In this document: positions 54,708 through 64,000 of the stretch, in pieces
Layout of the letters: every line of letters begins with the position of its first letter
Position numbering within the stretch: the stretch's first letter is position 1
Origin: Planctomycetota bacterium
GTDB taxonomy: Bacteria > Planctomycetota > MHYJ01 > WSZJ01
Reading direction: 5' to 3'
Assembly (NCBI GenBank): GCA_038060895.1
Contig: JBBTCT010000009.1
Coordinates: 240,082-304,081 of the forward strand
DNA: 64,000 nt
Translations under genes and position numbers: made by a program
The notes under the pieces: generated by a model
Told to the model about the DNA's origin: nothing
Databases searched by the model: none
Seen by the model: the letters and a program-made list of their open reading frames with translations, nothing else

Positions 54708-55937
54708 CTACCAGCCGTAGTCCCCGATGCTCGCCGGGACCATCCGGTCCGTCGGCGTATCAGGCGCGAGCTGAATCGCGTAGCCCATCGGCGCGGGATC
54801 GAAGTCGTTGTTCCGGAAGTTGTAGCGTGTGCCGCCCCAGCGGGTGCCGGTGCTGGTGAGGTCGAGTGAAATGAAGCGGCGGCCCTGGAGGCTCCAGACG
54901 CCGCGGCCGAGGATGGTGCCGCGGTAACCGCGCTCCTGATCTTTTTCTCCGGTGTCGTCGGCGGCCCAGCGGCCCTTGTGGACCAGTTCAACCGGGCCTT
55001 CGTAGCGGACGGTGACCCTGTCTCCCTTGACGGACTCGATCGTGGCCTTGAGTGACGCCTGCTTCACGGCCTCATCGGGAAAAGCGTTCGTCTGGCCGCG
55101 GACGTTATCGACGAAGTGGCACCGCACGAGCCGCCGGACCAGCGCCTCCGGAACCTCGCGGTAAGCGCCTTTCGAAGTGGACTCCGGCATCCATGACGTC
55201 ATCTCGTCCTTGAGGAACCACGCGTAGTCGATGTTCCATGCGGGATCGCGCCAGTCGCCGAATTTCTTTTCGCGCGGGAGGTCGCGGGAGTACACGCGCA
55301 ACGCCATTCCGTCCCCAGGGTAGCGGTCCTCCCAGCGGCCCTTGATTTCCTCCGGTTTCTCCTTCAGGAGGCGCCGGTCCTTCGGCAGGTCTTCCCAGGC
55401 CTTCAGCGCTTCCTTGAGCATCCGTTCCACGGCGTCGGCACTCGTCGAGTTCACGCTTGCCAGGAACTCGCCGGACGGCGCCAGCGCGTAGATGCCTTGC
55501 CGCGTCGCGTCCATCGGGTTGCCGGCGTAGTGGCCTTTCTCGGAGACGAGACGGAAGTGTTTACCCGCGGGGCCCTGGTTGCGGTGAAGGGTGTGGACTT
55601 CGTCGGTCGCGGGGATGAACGATTTCATCAGTTCCTGGACATCGGGTTCCGCCCAGACGGACCGCCGGGCGCGGACGCCGTTGTTTCAGGTGCAGGCGAG
55701 CGGGTGCCCGTTCATCGTCCAGAGGAGAACGGGCCGGCCGGCCTTGTTTCCGTCGAGCACCGCGGTCCAATAAGAGGTGCGCCACGGGATGGCGCGCCAC
55801 TTCTCTTCGTCGGGCTTCGGGAGAATCGTCTCCCGCATTGCGGCGAGGTTCTTTTCCGTCAGGACGGGATCGGCTGGCTGCGCGGACGCCTGCAGGCCTG
55901 CGAGGAGGAGAAGAGCGGCGGCGTGAGGGCGCATCAT
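54708..55937 (-). CDS. Candidate secreted thioredoxin-like selenoprotein (C-T-U; UGA at 55686-55688 read as Sec)
   Basis: Two tracked ORFs are in one frame, separated only by TGA; the joined sequence reads MNGHPLACT-U-NNGVRARRSVW. Signal peptide; hairpin just downstream of UGA. Confidence 0.75.
55648..55675 (-). other. Candidate bacterial SECIS element
   Basis: UCCG-C-GCCCGG-CGGUCCGU-CUGGGC-GGA hairpin starting 11 nt after UGA, with G-containing apical region about 22-29 nt downstream. Confidence 0.55.
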
Positions 55938-56079
55938 GTCCCGGCATCTTAACCGGGCACACTGAAGGACGTACCGCGGGATCAAACGTTTCAGGCATCC
56001 GGTGGTCGACGGGCCGTTACGCGGGTCGCGCGGTTCGGTTACGATGATTGCGGTCCGGGGGGACCGGAGAACCCACTTC

Positions 56080-57483
56080 ATGCGCCAGCTTGCCGCATTT
56101 TTCTGCCTGATGGCCGCCGCGGCCGCCGCGGAAACCCCGTACCGCGACCTCCGCCGGCCGCCGATTCAGCGCCCCTACAAGTCGCTCGTCATTGAATGGA
56201 TTTCGCAGGAGCCGAAGAACAGTGTTTCGAAGGACGGCGATTCCAGCGGACCTTCGGAAGGGCAGTCGCTTTCCTACACCGCGCACCTGCGGAATCTGGG
56301 TTCCGTGAACACGGAGCCGGTGATGGTGCGGTGGTTCGTGGATGGCCTTCAGAAGTCCACCGGGACGATCCCCGGGATCGGGGCGGGCCAGCGTTCGACC
56401 GCGACCTTTGCGTGGACGGCGGCCGAGGGCCGGCACTGGATCCAGTGCGAGCTGCTCGGGCACGAGGAGTGGCTGACGATCGCCAGCGACGGGCTGACGG
56501 TGAAGGTGCTCGTCGAAAAAAAAACATTGGAGAAGTACGAGGACGAATTCGGCTCGTTCGCGCGCCGCTTCCAGGATTCATTCTCGGGCCTCCACGCCTC
56601 GTGGTCGGCCGTCCGCGACGCCCGGTTCGCTCCTGAAGGGATCGACGAGCGCCTCCGGATCGACGACGTCGCCGTCTACGAACGCGGCGGCAAGGATGCC
56701 GAGGTCCCGAAGGAATTCTGGGATCACCCCGACTTCGACCTCGAGATCGCCTGCGACCAGGGAGGCCCGATCGCCGGCTTCTACATCCCGGGTTACTCGA
56801 TCGGCCACAACTACTCCGGGAACCCCGGCCACGAATCCCTCTTCTCAGACTGGGGCGAGAACTGCCTCTGGCACGAGATCGGACATTTCCGCGGCGTGCA
56901 GGACTTCTACATCTTCCCGACGAAAGAGGGCGACGTCGGCAAGCTCGACGCCGCCGGGAACCCCCTGGAACTCCTCACCCTGCGCCCGGAATTCGCCGAC
57001 GACACCATGAACTCGCCGTACAAGCCGACCCGCTGGAACGAGTACTCGACGGCGGTGATTCGCATGAAGCGCGGCATTTCGCGCGTCGGGCGATGCGAGG
57101 ATCCGGCCAACACCTTCGGGCACATGTGGCGCCACGTCCCGGCGGCGGTGGAAATCCAGGTCATCGGGGAGGAAGGCAGGCCGGTGAAGTACGCCGAAGT
57201 CGAGGTTTACCGGCCGGTGCTCGGAGAAGATGGACGTGCCCGGGTCGCGAAAGACGCGAAGCCCCTGTACGAGGGAGCGGTCGATGACCAGGGACACTTC
57301 ATACTCGGCGACGATCCTTTCGGGAAGCGCAAGGCCGAGGCAAATCGCGCGCCCTGGGTGCTGATCCTGATCCGGAGAGAAGGAGTGATTCGCGGGCGGT
57401 ACCTGACCCTCATGGACATGAACCTGGCGTACTGGAAAGACCAGAAAGAGAAGGCCATTTTCCAGGTCGTCTGGAACAAGTGA
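56080..57483 (+). CDS. Secreted CARDB-like domain + zinc metallopeptidase
   Basis: Signal peptide; HLRNLG...VRWFVDG...FAW Ig-like motif; LWHEIGHFRGVQD zincin motif. Confidence 0.75.
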   Translation: MRQLAAFFCLMAAAAAAETPYRDLRRPPIQRPYKSLVIEWISQEPKNSVSKDGDSSGPSEGQSLSYTAHLRNLGSVNTEPVMVRWFVDGLQKSTGTIPGIGAGQRSTATFAWTAAEGRHWIQCELLGHEEWLTIASDGLTVKVLVEKKTLEKYEDEFGSFARRFQDSFSGLHASWSAVRDARFAPEGIDERLRIDDVAVYERGGKDAEVPKEFWDHPDFDLEIACDQGGPIAGFYIPGYSIGHNYSGNPGHESLFSDWGENCLWHEIGHFRGVQDFYIFPTKEGDVGKLDAAGNPLELLTLRPEFADDTMNSPYKPTRWNEYSTAVIRMKRGISRVGRCEDPANTFGHMWRHVPAAVEIQVIGEEGRPVKYAEVEVYRPVLGEDGRARVAKDAKPLYEGAVDDQGHFILGDDPFGKRKAEANRAPWVLILIRREGVIRGRYLTLMDMNLAYWKDQKEKAIFQVVWNK

Positions 57484-57530
57484 CAATCTGTCGAGAGAGC
57501 CGAATGAATCGCGGGAAGCGGGGTGGGGGA

Positions 57531-58583
57531 GTGGGACAGTTGACGGCGAAACGGGCGGACCAGAAGACGCTTAAGGTCTTCGCGCCCGGCCGCGTCAACC
57601 TGATCGGCGAGCACGTCGATTACTCGGGCGGCCCGGTCCTCCCGTTTCCTCTTCCCGGGCTCGGGACGACCATCTCGGGAAGGCGTTCGCCTGAGCTGCG
57701 GGCGACCAGCGACGCGTGCAGCGGCGCGGTGCGGCTTCACGCAGCGCAGCGCGGGCGCGGCTGGGGGTTGTACCTTTCCGCCGCATGGGACGCGCTTCGC
57801 GTCAAGTGCCCCGGAGTGGGAGGCTGGACGGGCGCGGTCTCCAGCAACCTGCCGATCGGCGCCGGACTCTCCTCGTCGGCGTCTCTCCTGGTCGCCGCGC
57901 TCCAGCTCTGGAACCGGTTGTACTCGCTTCGACTGGGCCCTCCCGACATCGCACACCTCGCCTGGCTCGCAGAAACGCGCGGCGTCGGGAAGCCCGTCGG
58001 GCCCATGGACCCCTACGCCATCGCCCTCGGCCGCGCCGGCTCCGCCCTGCTCTTCGATTGCGCTTCCCTGAACGGCCGCCACGTGCCGCTCCCGCCCGCC
58101 TACGCGGTGGTCTTTCATTCGGGGATTTCCCGGGCGCTTGCGGGGAGCCAGTACGGGAAGCGGCGGGCGCAGTGCGAGGCCGCGGCGAAGTCGCTCGGCG
58201 TGCGCCGGCTCGCGCAGGCCCGGGAAGAGGACTTGTGGCGGCTGAAGGGCGCGGAGCATAAACGCGCGAAACATGTGGTCGGCGAGTGCAGCCGCGTGCA
58301 CTCCGCGGCGCGATTGATGAAACGGGGCGAAACACGGTTTCTCGGGAATCTCCTGATCACGTCCCACGAGTCGCTTCGCACGGACCACGAGGTTTCTCTT
58401 CCCGCCGTCGATCGCCAGGTTCTGGAAGCGCGCGCCGCGGGTGCTCTGGGCGCGCGCATGGTCGGAGGCGGTTTCGGCGGAGCGATCCTCGCGATTTTCG
58501 AAAAGGGGGATCCACGCGGTCCACGCTTCGCCCGCTGCCAGCGCCGGGTCCTCTGGTCTGGGGACTGGCGCGCAAAGACCTAA
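57531..58583 (+). CDS. galK: Galactokinase (GHMP family)
   Basis: PGRVNLIGEHVDY, PIGAGLSSSAS, SHESLR, GARMVGGGFGG. Start is uncertain (57504 is an alternative). Confidence 0.88.
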   Translation: MGQLTAKRADQKTLKVFAPGRVNLIGEHVDYSGGPVLPFPLPGLGTTISGRRSPELRATSDACSGAVRLHAAQRGRGWGLYLSAAWDALRVKCPGVGGWTGAVSSNLPIGAGLSSSASLLVAALQLWNRLYSLRLGPPDIAHLAWLAETRGVGKPVGPMDPYAIALGRAGSALLFDCASLNGRHVPLPPAYAVVFHSGISRALAGSQYGKRRAQCEAAAKSLGVRRLAQAREEDLWRLKGAEHKRAKHVVGECSRVHSAARLMKRGETRFLGNLLITSHESLRTDHEVSLPAVDRQVLEARAAGALGARMVGGGFGGAILAIFEKGDPRGPRFARCQRRVLWSGDWRAKT

Positions 58584-58627
58584 GGGAAGGAAGCCCGCGG
58601 CTCCCGGCCCTTCCGGGATCGGACGGG

Positions 58628-59026
58628 CTACCGTCCCGAGATGCCCAGGACATTTCCTTCAGGGTCCGCGAACGAAGCGCACCGGATGTCGTCACAGACT
58701 GCCTCGGCCTGGCGGACGATTTTGACCCCGCGGGAGACCAGGGCGTTGACGGTGTCATCCACGTTGCCGACGTTGAAAGAGATGCCGGTGTCGCGCGGCT
58801 TCGCGTCGTCGGAATGATGGAGCGCGAAGGTCGCGCCCTCGGTCTTGAACTCGCTCCAGCAGTCGCTCTCGTACGAGCAGGGCAGGCCGATCGTGTCGCG
58901 GTAGAAAGCGACGGCCTTCTTCATGTTCTTCACGAACACCATCACGTGTCCGATTCTGCGAGGCAGGAACGATTCCGCGGCGGGGGCGGACTTCCGGGCT
59001 GTCTTCTTCGCTGCTTTCGCGGGCAT
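58628..59026 (-). CDS. VOC/glyoxalase family protein
   Basis: IGHVMVFVKNMKKAVAFY, ISFNV, FADPEGNVL. Confidence 0.88.
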   Translation of the reverse strand: MPAKAAKKTARKSAPAAESFLPRRIGHVMVFVKNMKKAVAFYRDTIGLPCSYESDCWSEFKTEGATFALHHSDDAKPRDTGISFNVGNVDDTVNALVSRGVKIVRQAEAVCDDIRCASFADPEGNVLGISGR

Positions 59027-59146
59027 GAGCGGCACCTCTTCTTGTGGGTGGACGAAGGCTAGAAATTGCCGCGGAGGCCTGTCAATGGAGAACCGGCCTG
59101 CCACGGCGGTAGACGCCCCCTCGACCTCGGCTTAGCATCGCCCAGC

Positions 59147-60589
59147 ATGCCCGACCCCGCATCCGCTTCGGCCGACCTCGCCCGACTCCGCATCGCACGC
59201 GACGACGACGACTCGCGAAGCGGATCTGCGTTCGCGCGCATGGCGATGATCGGAGTGGCCGCGCTGGTCCTCGCCGTAGGGGGATGGGTCGCCTGGGACC
59301 GGCTGCTCCGCCCGCTTCCCGTCGTCGGCGTCTTCCGCGTCCCCGCCACAGCCGCTTCCGCTTCAAAGACGCTCGATGCCAGCGGTTACCTCGTGCCCCA
59401 GCGCCGTGCGGAGGTCGCGACCAAGGTTGCGGGCGTCGTGGCGCGCGTGCTGGTCGATGAAGGCGACACGGTTGCGGAGGGACAGGCGCTCGCCGAACTC
59501 AACGGAGACGCCGAAAAAGCGCGACTCGACGAAGCGGAGGTCGGGGTGCGCGAAGCGAAGGCGCTGCAGGTTTCGGCCTGGAAGGGAATGGACGAGGCGA
59601 AGGCGCAGGTGGAGGCCTCGAAGCGGGCGGTTGAGGAGGCGGCGGCCGGAAAGCCCGCGGCGGCGGAAGCCCTGGAGGAAGCGGCCGCGAAGCGCGAGGA
59701 AGCGAGGCGGGATTTCGAGCGAAAGAAGAAGCTATTTGAGACGAAGGACATCGGCGAGGGCGAGTTCGAAACGGCCGAGGCGGCGTGGAAGTCGGCGGAC
59801 GCACGATGGCGCGGGGCGGAGGCGAACCTCGTGATGGCGGACGCGCGGCTGAAGCAGGCCTCCGCGAACGTCGCCACGGCCGAATCCGGCGTGGAGAGAA
59901 TGAAGGCCGCGGCGGAAGGGGCGGATGCCCGGGCCTCGGCGGCGGAGTCGCGCGTGAAGCAGGCGAAAATCGCGGTGGACGACATGGTCATCCGGTCGCC
60001 GATCGCGGGACGTGTGACGGCGCGAAAGATCCACCCGGGCGAGGCGGCGTCTCCGGCGGGGATCACGACGGGGACTCGCGGCGGGGCGCTCTTCACCGTG
60101 GCGGACTTTTCGACGCTTGAGGCGGAGGTGGACGTCAACGAGTCGCGGCTGTCGGAACTGCGACAGGGGCAACCTGCGCGGATTGCGGTCGATGCCGTCC
60201 CTTCAAAGAGGTACCGCGGCGAGCTGCGGCAGATCGTGCCGACCGCGGATCGGCAGCGGGCGGTCGTCAAGGTCCGCGTGAAGCTCATCGATCCGGACGC
60301 GGCGCTGCTCCCGGAAATGGGGCTACGCGTGACCTTTGTCGAAAACGCCTCTGTTTCCCTCGAGACCCCCGCGCCGCAGATCCCGCGCGAGGCCGTCGTC
60401 CGGGTGGACGGCAAGACCGTCGTGTGGATCGTCGCGGACGGCAAGGCGGCGAGGCGCGACGTGGAGCTTGGGGAAGAAAAGAACGGAAAAGTCGACGTGA
60501 AGAGCGGTTTGTCCGGCGGCGACCTCGTGGTGGTCGCCAATAGAGTTCCGATGTCCGAGGGCCTCAAGGTCAAGGCGGAGGAGAAATGA
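59147..60589 (+). CDS. Efflux membrane-fusion (MacA-like) protein
   Basis: TM, ASGY, VxVDEGD, long alpha-hairpin, IRSPIAG, LLPEM. Confidence 0.9.
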   Translation: MPDPASASADLARLRIARDDDDSRSGSAFARMAMIGVAALVLAVGGWVAWDRLLRPLPVVGVFRVPATAASASKTLDASGYLVPQRRAEVATKVAGVVARVLVDEGDTVAEGQALAELNGDAEKARLDEAEVGVREAKALQVSAWKGMDEAKAQVEASKRAVEEAAAGKPAAAEALEEAAAKREEARRDFERKKKLFETKDIGEGEFETAEAAWKSADARWRGAEANLVMADARLKQASANVATAESGVERMKAAAEGADARASAAESRVKQAKIAVDDMVIRSPIAGRVTARKIHPGEAASPAGITTGTRGGALFTVADFSTLEAEVDVNESRLSELRQGQPARIAVDAVPSKRYRGELRQIVPTADRQRAVVKVRVKLIDPDAALLPEMGLRVTFVENASVSLETPAPQIPREAVVRVDGKTVVWIVADGKAARRDVELGEEKNGKVDVKSGLSGGDLVVVANRVPMSEGLKVKAEEK

Positions 60590-61272
60590 GCGACGTCCTC
60601 GTCGAGGTGGCCGAAGTCACGAAGGACTACCGGCGCGACAAGCAGTCGATCCGGGTGCTGGAAGCGCTGTCGCTGACGATTCCGCGGGGCGATTTCCTGG
60701 CGCTGATGGGACCGAGCGGTTCGGGGAAGACGACCCTCCTCAATCTCATCGCCGGCATCGACCAGCCCACCGCAGGGAGAATCACGGTCGACGGCAAGGT
60801 CATCACCGGGCTCGGCGAAGGCGCATTGGCGAAGTGGCGGTCGCGGACCACCGGCTTCATCTTTCAGCTCTACAACCTCATTCCGGTGCTCACGGCCTAC
60901 GAAAACGTCGAGTTGCCGCTTCTCCTCACGAACCTCTCGCGCAGCGAGCGGCGCCAGCACGTGATGCAGGCGCTCGACATCGTCGGGCTGACCGATCGCG
61001 AAAAGCACTTCCCGCGCCAGCTGTCCGGCGGTCAGGAACAGCGCGTGTCCATCGCCCGGGCCATCGTGGTGGACCCGCTGCTGCTCCTTGCGGACGAACC
61101 GACGGGCGACCTGGATGCGAAATCGGCGGAGGAAGTGCTGACGCTTCTCCAGCGGCTGAACAGGGAATTCAAGAAGACCATCGTCATGGTCACGCACGAC
61201 CCGAAGGCGGCGGCGAGGGCGACCAGGATCCTGCACCTCGAAAAAGGACAACTCGTGGAGAACGCAGCGTAA
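60586..61272 (+). CDS. ABC ATPase (MacB/LolD-like)
   Basis: GPSGSGKTT, LSGGQEQR, ADEPTGDLD, VTHD. Confidence 0.95.
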   Translation: MSDVLVEVAEVTKDYRRDKQSIRVLEALSLTIPRGDFLALMGPSGSGKTTLLNLIAGIDQPTAGRITVDGKVITGLGEGALAKWRSRTTGFIFQLYNLIPVLTAYENVELPLLLTNLSRSERRQHVMQALDIVGLTDREKHFPRQLSGGQEQRVSIARAIVVDPLLLLADEPTGDLDAKSAEEVLTLLQRLNREFKKTIVMVTHDPKAAARATRILHLEKGQLVENAA

Positions 61273-62423
61273 TGCTCCGGCTCATCTGGAAGAACGCGTG
61301 GCGCAGCAAGCGCAGGACCGTGCTCACGGTGCTGTCGGTCGCGGTGTCGCTGTTCCTTCTCTGCACCATGCTCTGCTACCTCTCCTCGGGCGACACGCAG
61401 CTCGAAAACGCCGGCGCTTCGATGCGCGTCGTGACGCGCCACCAGACGTCGCTGACGTTCTTTCTTCCCGAGGCGTACACGCAGAAAATTGCAAACGTGC
61501 CGCACGTGACGACGGTGCAGGGGTGCGTGTGGTGGGGAGGCCAGGTGGAAGGGAAGGAAATGAGCCTCTTCATGAGCACGATCGCCGCGGACCTTGAGCC
61601 TACGGAGGCCATGTGGGACGACTATAAATTCGAGCCGGGCGTGATCGACAAGATGCGCGGTGAGGTTCGCGGGGCGGTGATCGCCAGGCGCCTGCTGGCG
61701 CGGTGCCAGGAGCAGTGCGGCGACAGCTGGCAGATCGGCAAGACGGTGACCATCAAGTCGCCGATCTTCAAGCACACAATCGACCTTGTGCTGCTGGGGA
61801 CGTGCGAAGGGCCCGACGAGAGCATTCTGATCTTCCGGAGGGACTACCTGGAGAAGGTAAGGGACAACCCGGGGCAGATCGGCTATTTCTGGGCCAGGGT
61901 CGACAAGGCCGAGAACATCCCTGGCGTGTGCCGTGACGTCGACGCGCTTTTTGCCAATTCTGAAAACGAGACGAAAACGGAAACCGAGAAGGCGTTCATG
62001 CAGAGCTTCATGTCGATGATGGGGAACATCCAGGACCTCGTGCGGAACATCGGCCTGGCAATCGTCATGATGATCCTCATGGTCGCGGCCAACACCATGG
62101 CGATGGTCGCGCGCGAACGCACGACGGAACACGCGGTCATGCGCTGCCTCGGGTTCACCCGCGGCCGCATCGCGATGCTCTTCGTCTCGGAAAGCGTCCT
62201 GATCAGCCTGCTCGGCGCCGTCGTCGGAGTCGGTGGCGCCATCCTTCTCTGGAGGCCGGGCAAATTCGACCTCGGCGGCATGGCGCCCTTCTTCCAGATG
62301 ACCCCGGGCACCACGCTCATCGGCCTCCTCGTCGCCCTCGGCGTCGGGCTGGTCGCAGGCGCCGCACCGGCGATCGCCGCGGCGCGTCGAAGCGTCGTCG
62401 ACGGCCTGAGGAGGGTTGACTAG
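61272..62423 (+). CDS. ABC permease (MacB/FtsX-like)
   Basis: KNAWRSKRRT, NTMAMVARERT, C-terminal TMs. Confidence 0.9.
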   Translation: MLRLIWKNAWRSKRRTVLTVLSVAVSLFLLCTMLCYLSSGDTQLENAGASMRVVTRHQTSLTFFLPEAYTQKIANVPHVTTVQGCVWWGGQVEGKEMSLFMSTIAADLEPTEAMWDDYKFEPGVIDKMRGEVRGAVIARRLLARCQEQCGDSWQIGKTVTIKSPIFKHTIDLVLLGTCEGPDESILIFRRDYLEKVRDNPGQIGYFWARVDKAENIPGVCRDVDALFANSENETKTETEKAFMQSFMSMMGNIQDLVRNIGLAIVMMILMVAANTMAMVARERTTEHAVMRCLGFTRGRIAMLFVSESVLISLLGAVVGVGGAILLWRPGKFDLGGMAPFFQMTPGTTLIGLLVALGVGLVAGAAPAIAAARRSVVDGLRRVD

Positions 62424-63584
62424 GTGGGACTGATCCTCAAATACAACTTCCGAAACCTGTTCGTCCGTCGCGTCTCCACGCTCATGACGCTCGCCGGCGT
62501 CGCCATGGTCGTCGCCGTGTTCCTCGTGCTCATGGCCCTCGCCCAGGGCATCCTCTCCATCGGCGAGTCGACCGGGGATCCGCTCCAGGTCATCGTGCTC
62601 CAGAAAGGCACCAACGCGGAAACCTCCAGCGGGATTTCCGACGCGGCCGCGGACCAGGCCGAGAACGTCACGCTCCTTCCCCGCGACACGCAGGGACCCA
62701 TCGTTTCCCGCGACCTGTTCGTGGTCATCATGCTTCCGCGTCCCGACGGCGGCGCCCCCGCCAACCTGGTCGTCCGCGGCGTCACCGGCCGGGCGTTCGA
62801 TATCCGGCCGGAAGTGAAAGTCGACGGAGGGAAGCGGCCGCAGGGGAGCGACATCGTCGTCGCGCGACCGCTGGCGAAGCGATTCGCGCATCTGAACGTC
62901 GGCGACAAAGTGCATTTCGGGAAGCGCGACTGGAACGTGATCGCGCATTTCGACGCCGATGGACAGGCGTGGGAATCGGAAATCTGGGCCGACCTGCCCG
63001 AGATCCAGGCGGATGCCCACCGCGGAAGCACGGTCAGTTCTCTCTACGTCCGGCTGTCGCGGCCGGAAGACCTGGCCACGCTGAACGCCGAACTGGAAAA
63101 GTCGTCGGAGACGAAAGGACTTAAGGCTACGACGGTGCGCGAGTATTTCGCGGGACAGACGGGCACCGCGGGAATGCTCAAGGTCGTCGGCAGCGTCATC
63201 ACCTTTCTCCTCTCCCTCGGCGCAGGCCTCGGCGCGATGAACACCATGTACGCCGCCATCGGCAACCGCTCCCGCGAAATCGGCACTCTTCGCGCCCTTG
63301 GCTTCGGGCGCAGGACGATCCTGGTGTCCTTCCTCTTCGAGTCATCGCTCATCGGTCTCGCCGGCGGCGTCCTCGGCTGCCTCATAGCTCTTCCCGTCAA
63401 CGGCCTTCAGACCGGCACCATGAACTGGGTGTCGTTCACGGAGACCGCGTTCAGTTTCAGGATCACGCCCGGGATGCTTCTCATCGGTCTCGCGATCGGC
63501 GGCTTTGTCGGCGCCGTCGGCGGTTTCCTGCCGGCGCTCGCGGCCGCGCGCAGGCCGATCCTGGACAGTTTGAGGGCTCACTAG
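62424..63584 (+). CDS. ABC permease (MacB/FtsX-like)
   Basis: YNFRNL, ESEIWAD, NTMYAAI..RSREIGTLRALGF. Confidence 0.9.
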   Translation: MGLILKYNFRNLFVRRVSTLMTLAGVAMVVAVFLVLMALAQGILSIGESTGDPLQVIVLQKGTNAETSSGISDAAADQAENVTLLPRDTQGPIVSRDLFVVIMLPRPDGGAPANLVVRGVTGRAFDIRPEVKVDGGKRPQGSDIVVARPLAKRFAHLNVGDKVHFGKRDWNVIAHFDADGQAWESEIWADLPEIQADAHRGSTVSSLYVRLSRPEDLATLNAELEKSSETKGLKATTVREYFAGQTGTAGMLKVVGSVITFLLSLGAGLGAMNTMYAAIGNRSREIGTLRALGFGRRTILVSFLFESSLIGLAGGVLGCLIALPVNGLQTGTMNWVSFTETAFSFRITPGMLLIGLAIGGFVGAVGGFLPALAAARRPILDSLRAH

Positions 63585-63589
63585 GGGTG

Positions 63590-64000
63590 ATGCGCGATTG
63601 CGTCATCATTGGCGGAGGCCCGGCCGGAAGCGCCGCCGCGACGGTCCTGGGCCGCGCCGGGCGGAGCGTCCTGGTTCTCGAAGCCGCCCGCTTCCCGCGC
63701 TTCCATGTCGGCGAGTCCATCGTCCCGGCGACGACAGGCCTCTGGAAGTCGATCGGGCTCTGGGAAAAGCTCCAGTCCACCGCCTTCGCCCGCAAAGGCG
63801 GCGCAGATTTCCTGATCGCGGACGGCTCGAAGGAAGAGAAATTCTGGTTCGCGCGCTACCTGGACGAGAGGTTTCATCGCGTCCTCCAGGTGGACCGTTC
63901 GCAGTTCGATACGATCGCGCTGGAGCACGCGCGCGCGAGCGGCGCGGAGGTGCTGGAGGGATGCCGGGTGACGGACGTCGCATTCCTGGAGCCCGGATTC
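63590..64000 (+). CDS. FAD-dependent oxidoreductase, halogenase/geranylgeranyl-reductase-like (3'-truncated)
   Basis: Read directly from DNA (absent from the ORF track): MRDCVIIGGGPAGS...LEAARFPRFHVGES...QVDRSQFD. Confidence 0.85.
   Translation, partial: MRDCVIIGGGPAGSAAATVLGRAGRSVLVLEAARFPRFHVGESIVPATTGLWKSIGLWEKLQSTAFARKGGADFLIADGSKEEKFWFARYLDERFHRVLQVDRSQFDTIALEHARASGAEVLEGCRVTDVAFLEPGF

Noticed and set aside
54708-55937. Two separate genes or a nonsense pseudogene
   Set aside because: The stop is TGA directly after C-T in a redox-like position, the frame continues cleanly and a SECIS-like hairpin follows; readthrough is the better explanation, though unproven.
59147-64000. Natural-product cluster (exporter plus halogenase)
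   Set aside because: The oxidoreductase is truncated at the window edge, and no halogenase WxWxIP motif or biosynthetic core gene is visible.
1-64000. tRNA, rRNA, transposase, integrase or prophage genes
   Set aside because: None recognised by inspection; tRNAscan-SE and Infernal would be needed to exclude small RNAs.

Overview
A 64-kb, high-GC (~68% by eye) bacterial chromosomal segment. Its gene style (FHA/TPR/CAP proteins, HEAT-vWA, HEAT-S41, DUF6677-like, extended LepB) suggests an uncultured Planctomycetota; this is inference. Housekeeping and metabolic content: a Rieske/cytochrome b/11-heme cytochrome c operon, ROK-lepA-lepB, lptB, terC, ChaN-PDZ plus a BtuF-like binding protein, a UbiA/MqnP prenyltransferase, a U32/RlhA-like protein, an ABC-2 exporter, a full pstSCAB1B2-phoU-phoB-phoR operon, galK and a MacAB-like exporter. 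Two observations stand out. (1) Three tandem ~900-1000 aa paralogues (FHA - TM - helical - CAP domain; the third FHA is degenerate) lie behind a candidate sigma54 promoter and are followed by a secreted HEAT-vWA protein and a soluble Ser/Thr kinase with a GYPPQ low-complexity tail, a candidate trans-envelope phospho-signalling system. (2) A hidden secreted selenoprotein candidate (C-T-U motif, in-frame UGA, SECIS-like hairpin) is split into two ORFs in the track. No rRNA, tRNA, CRISPR array or transposase was recognised.
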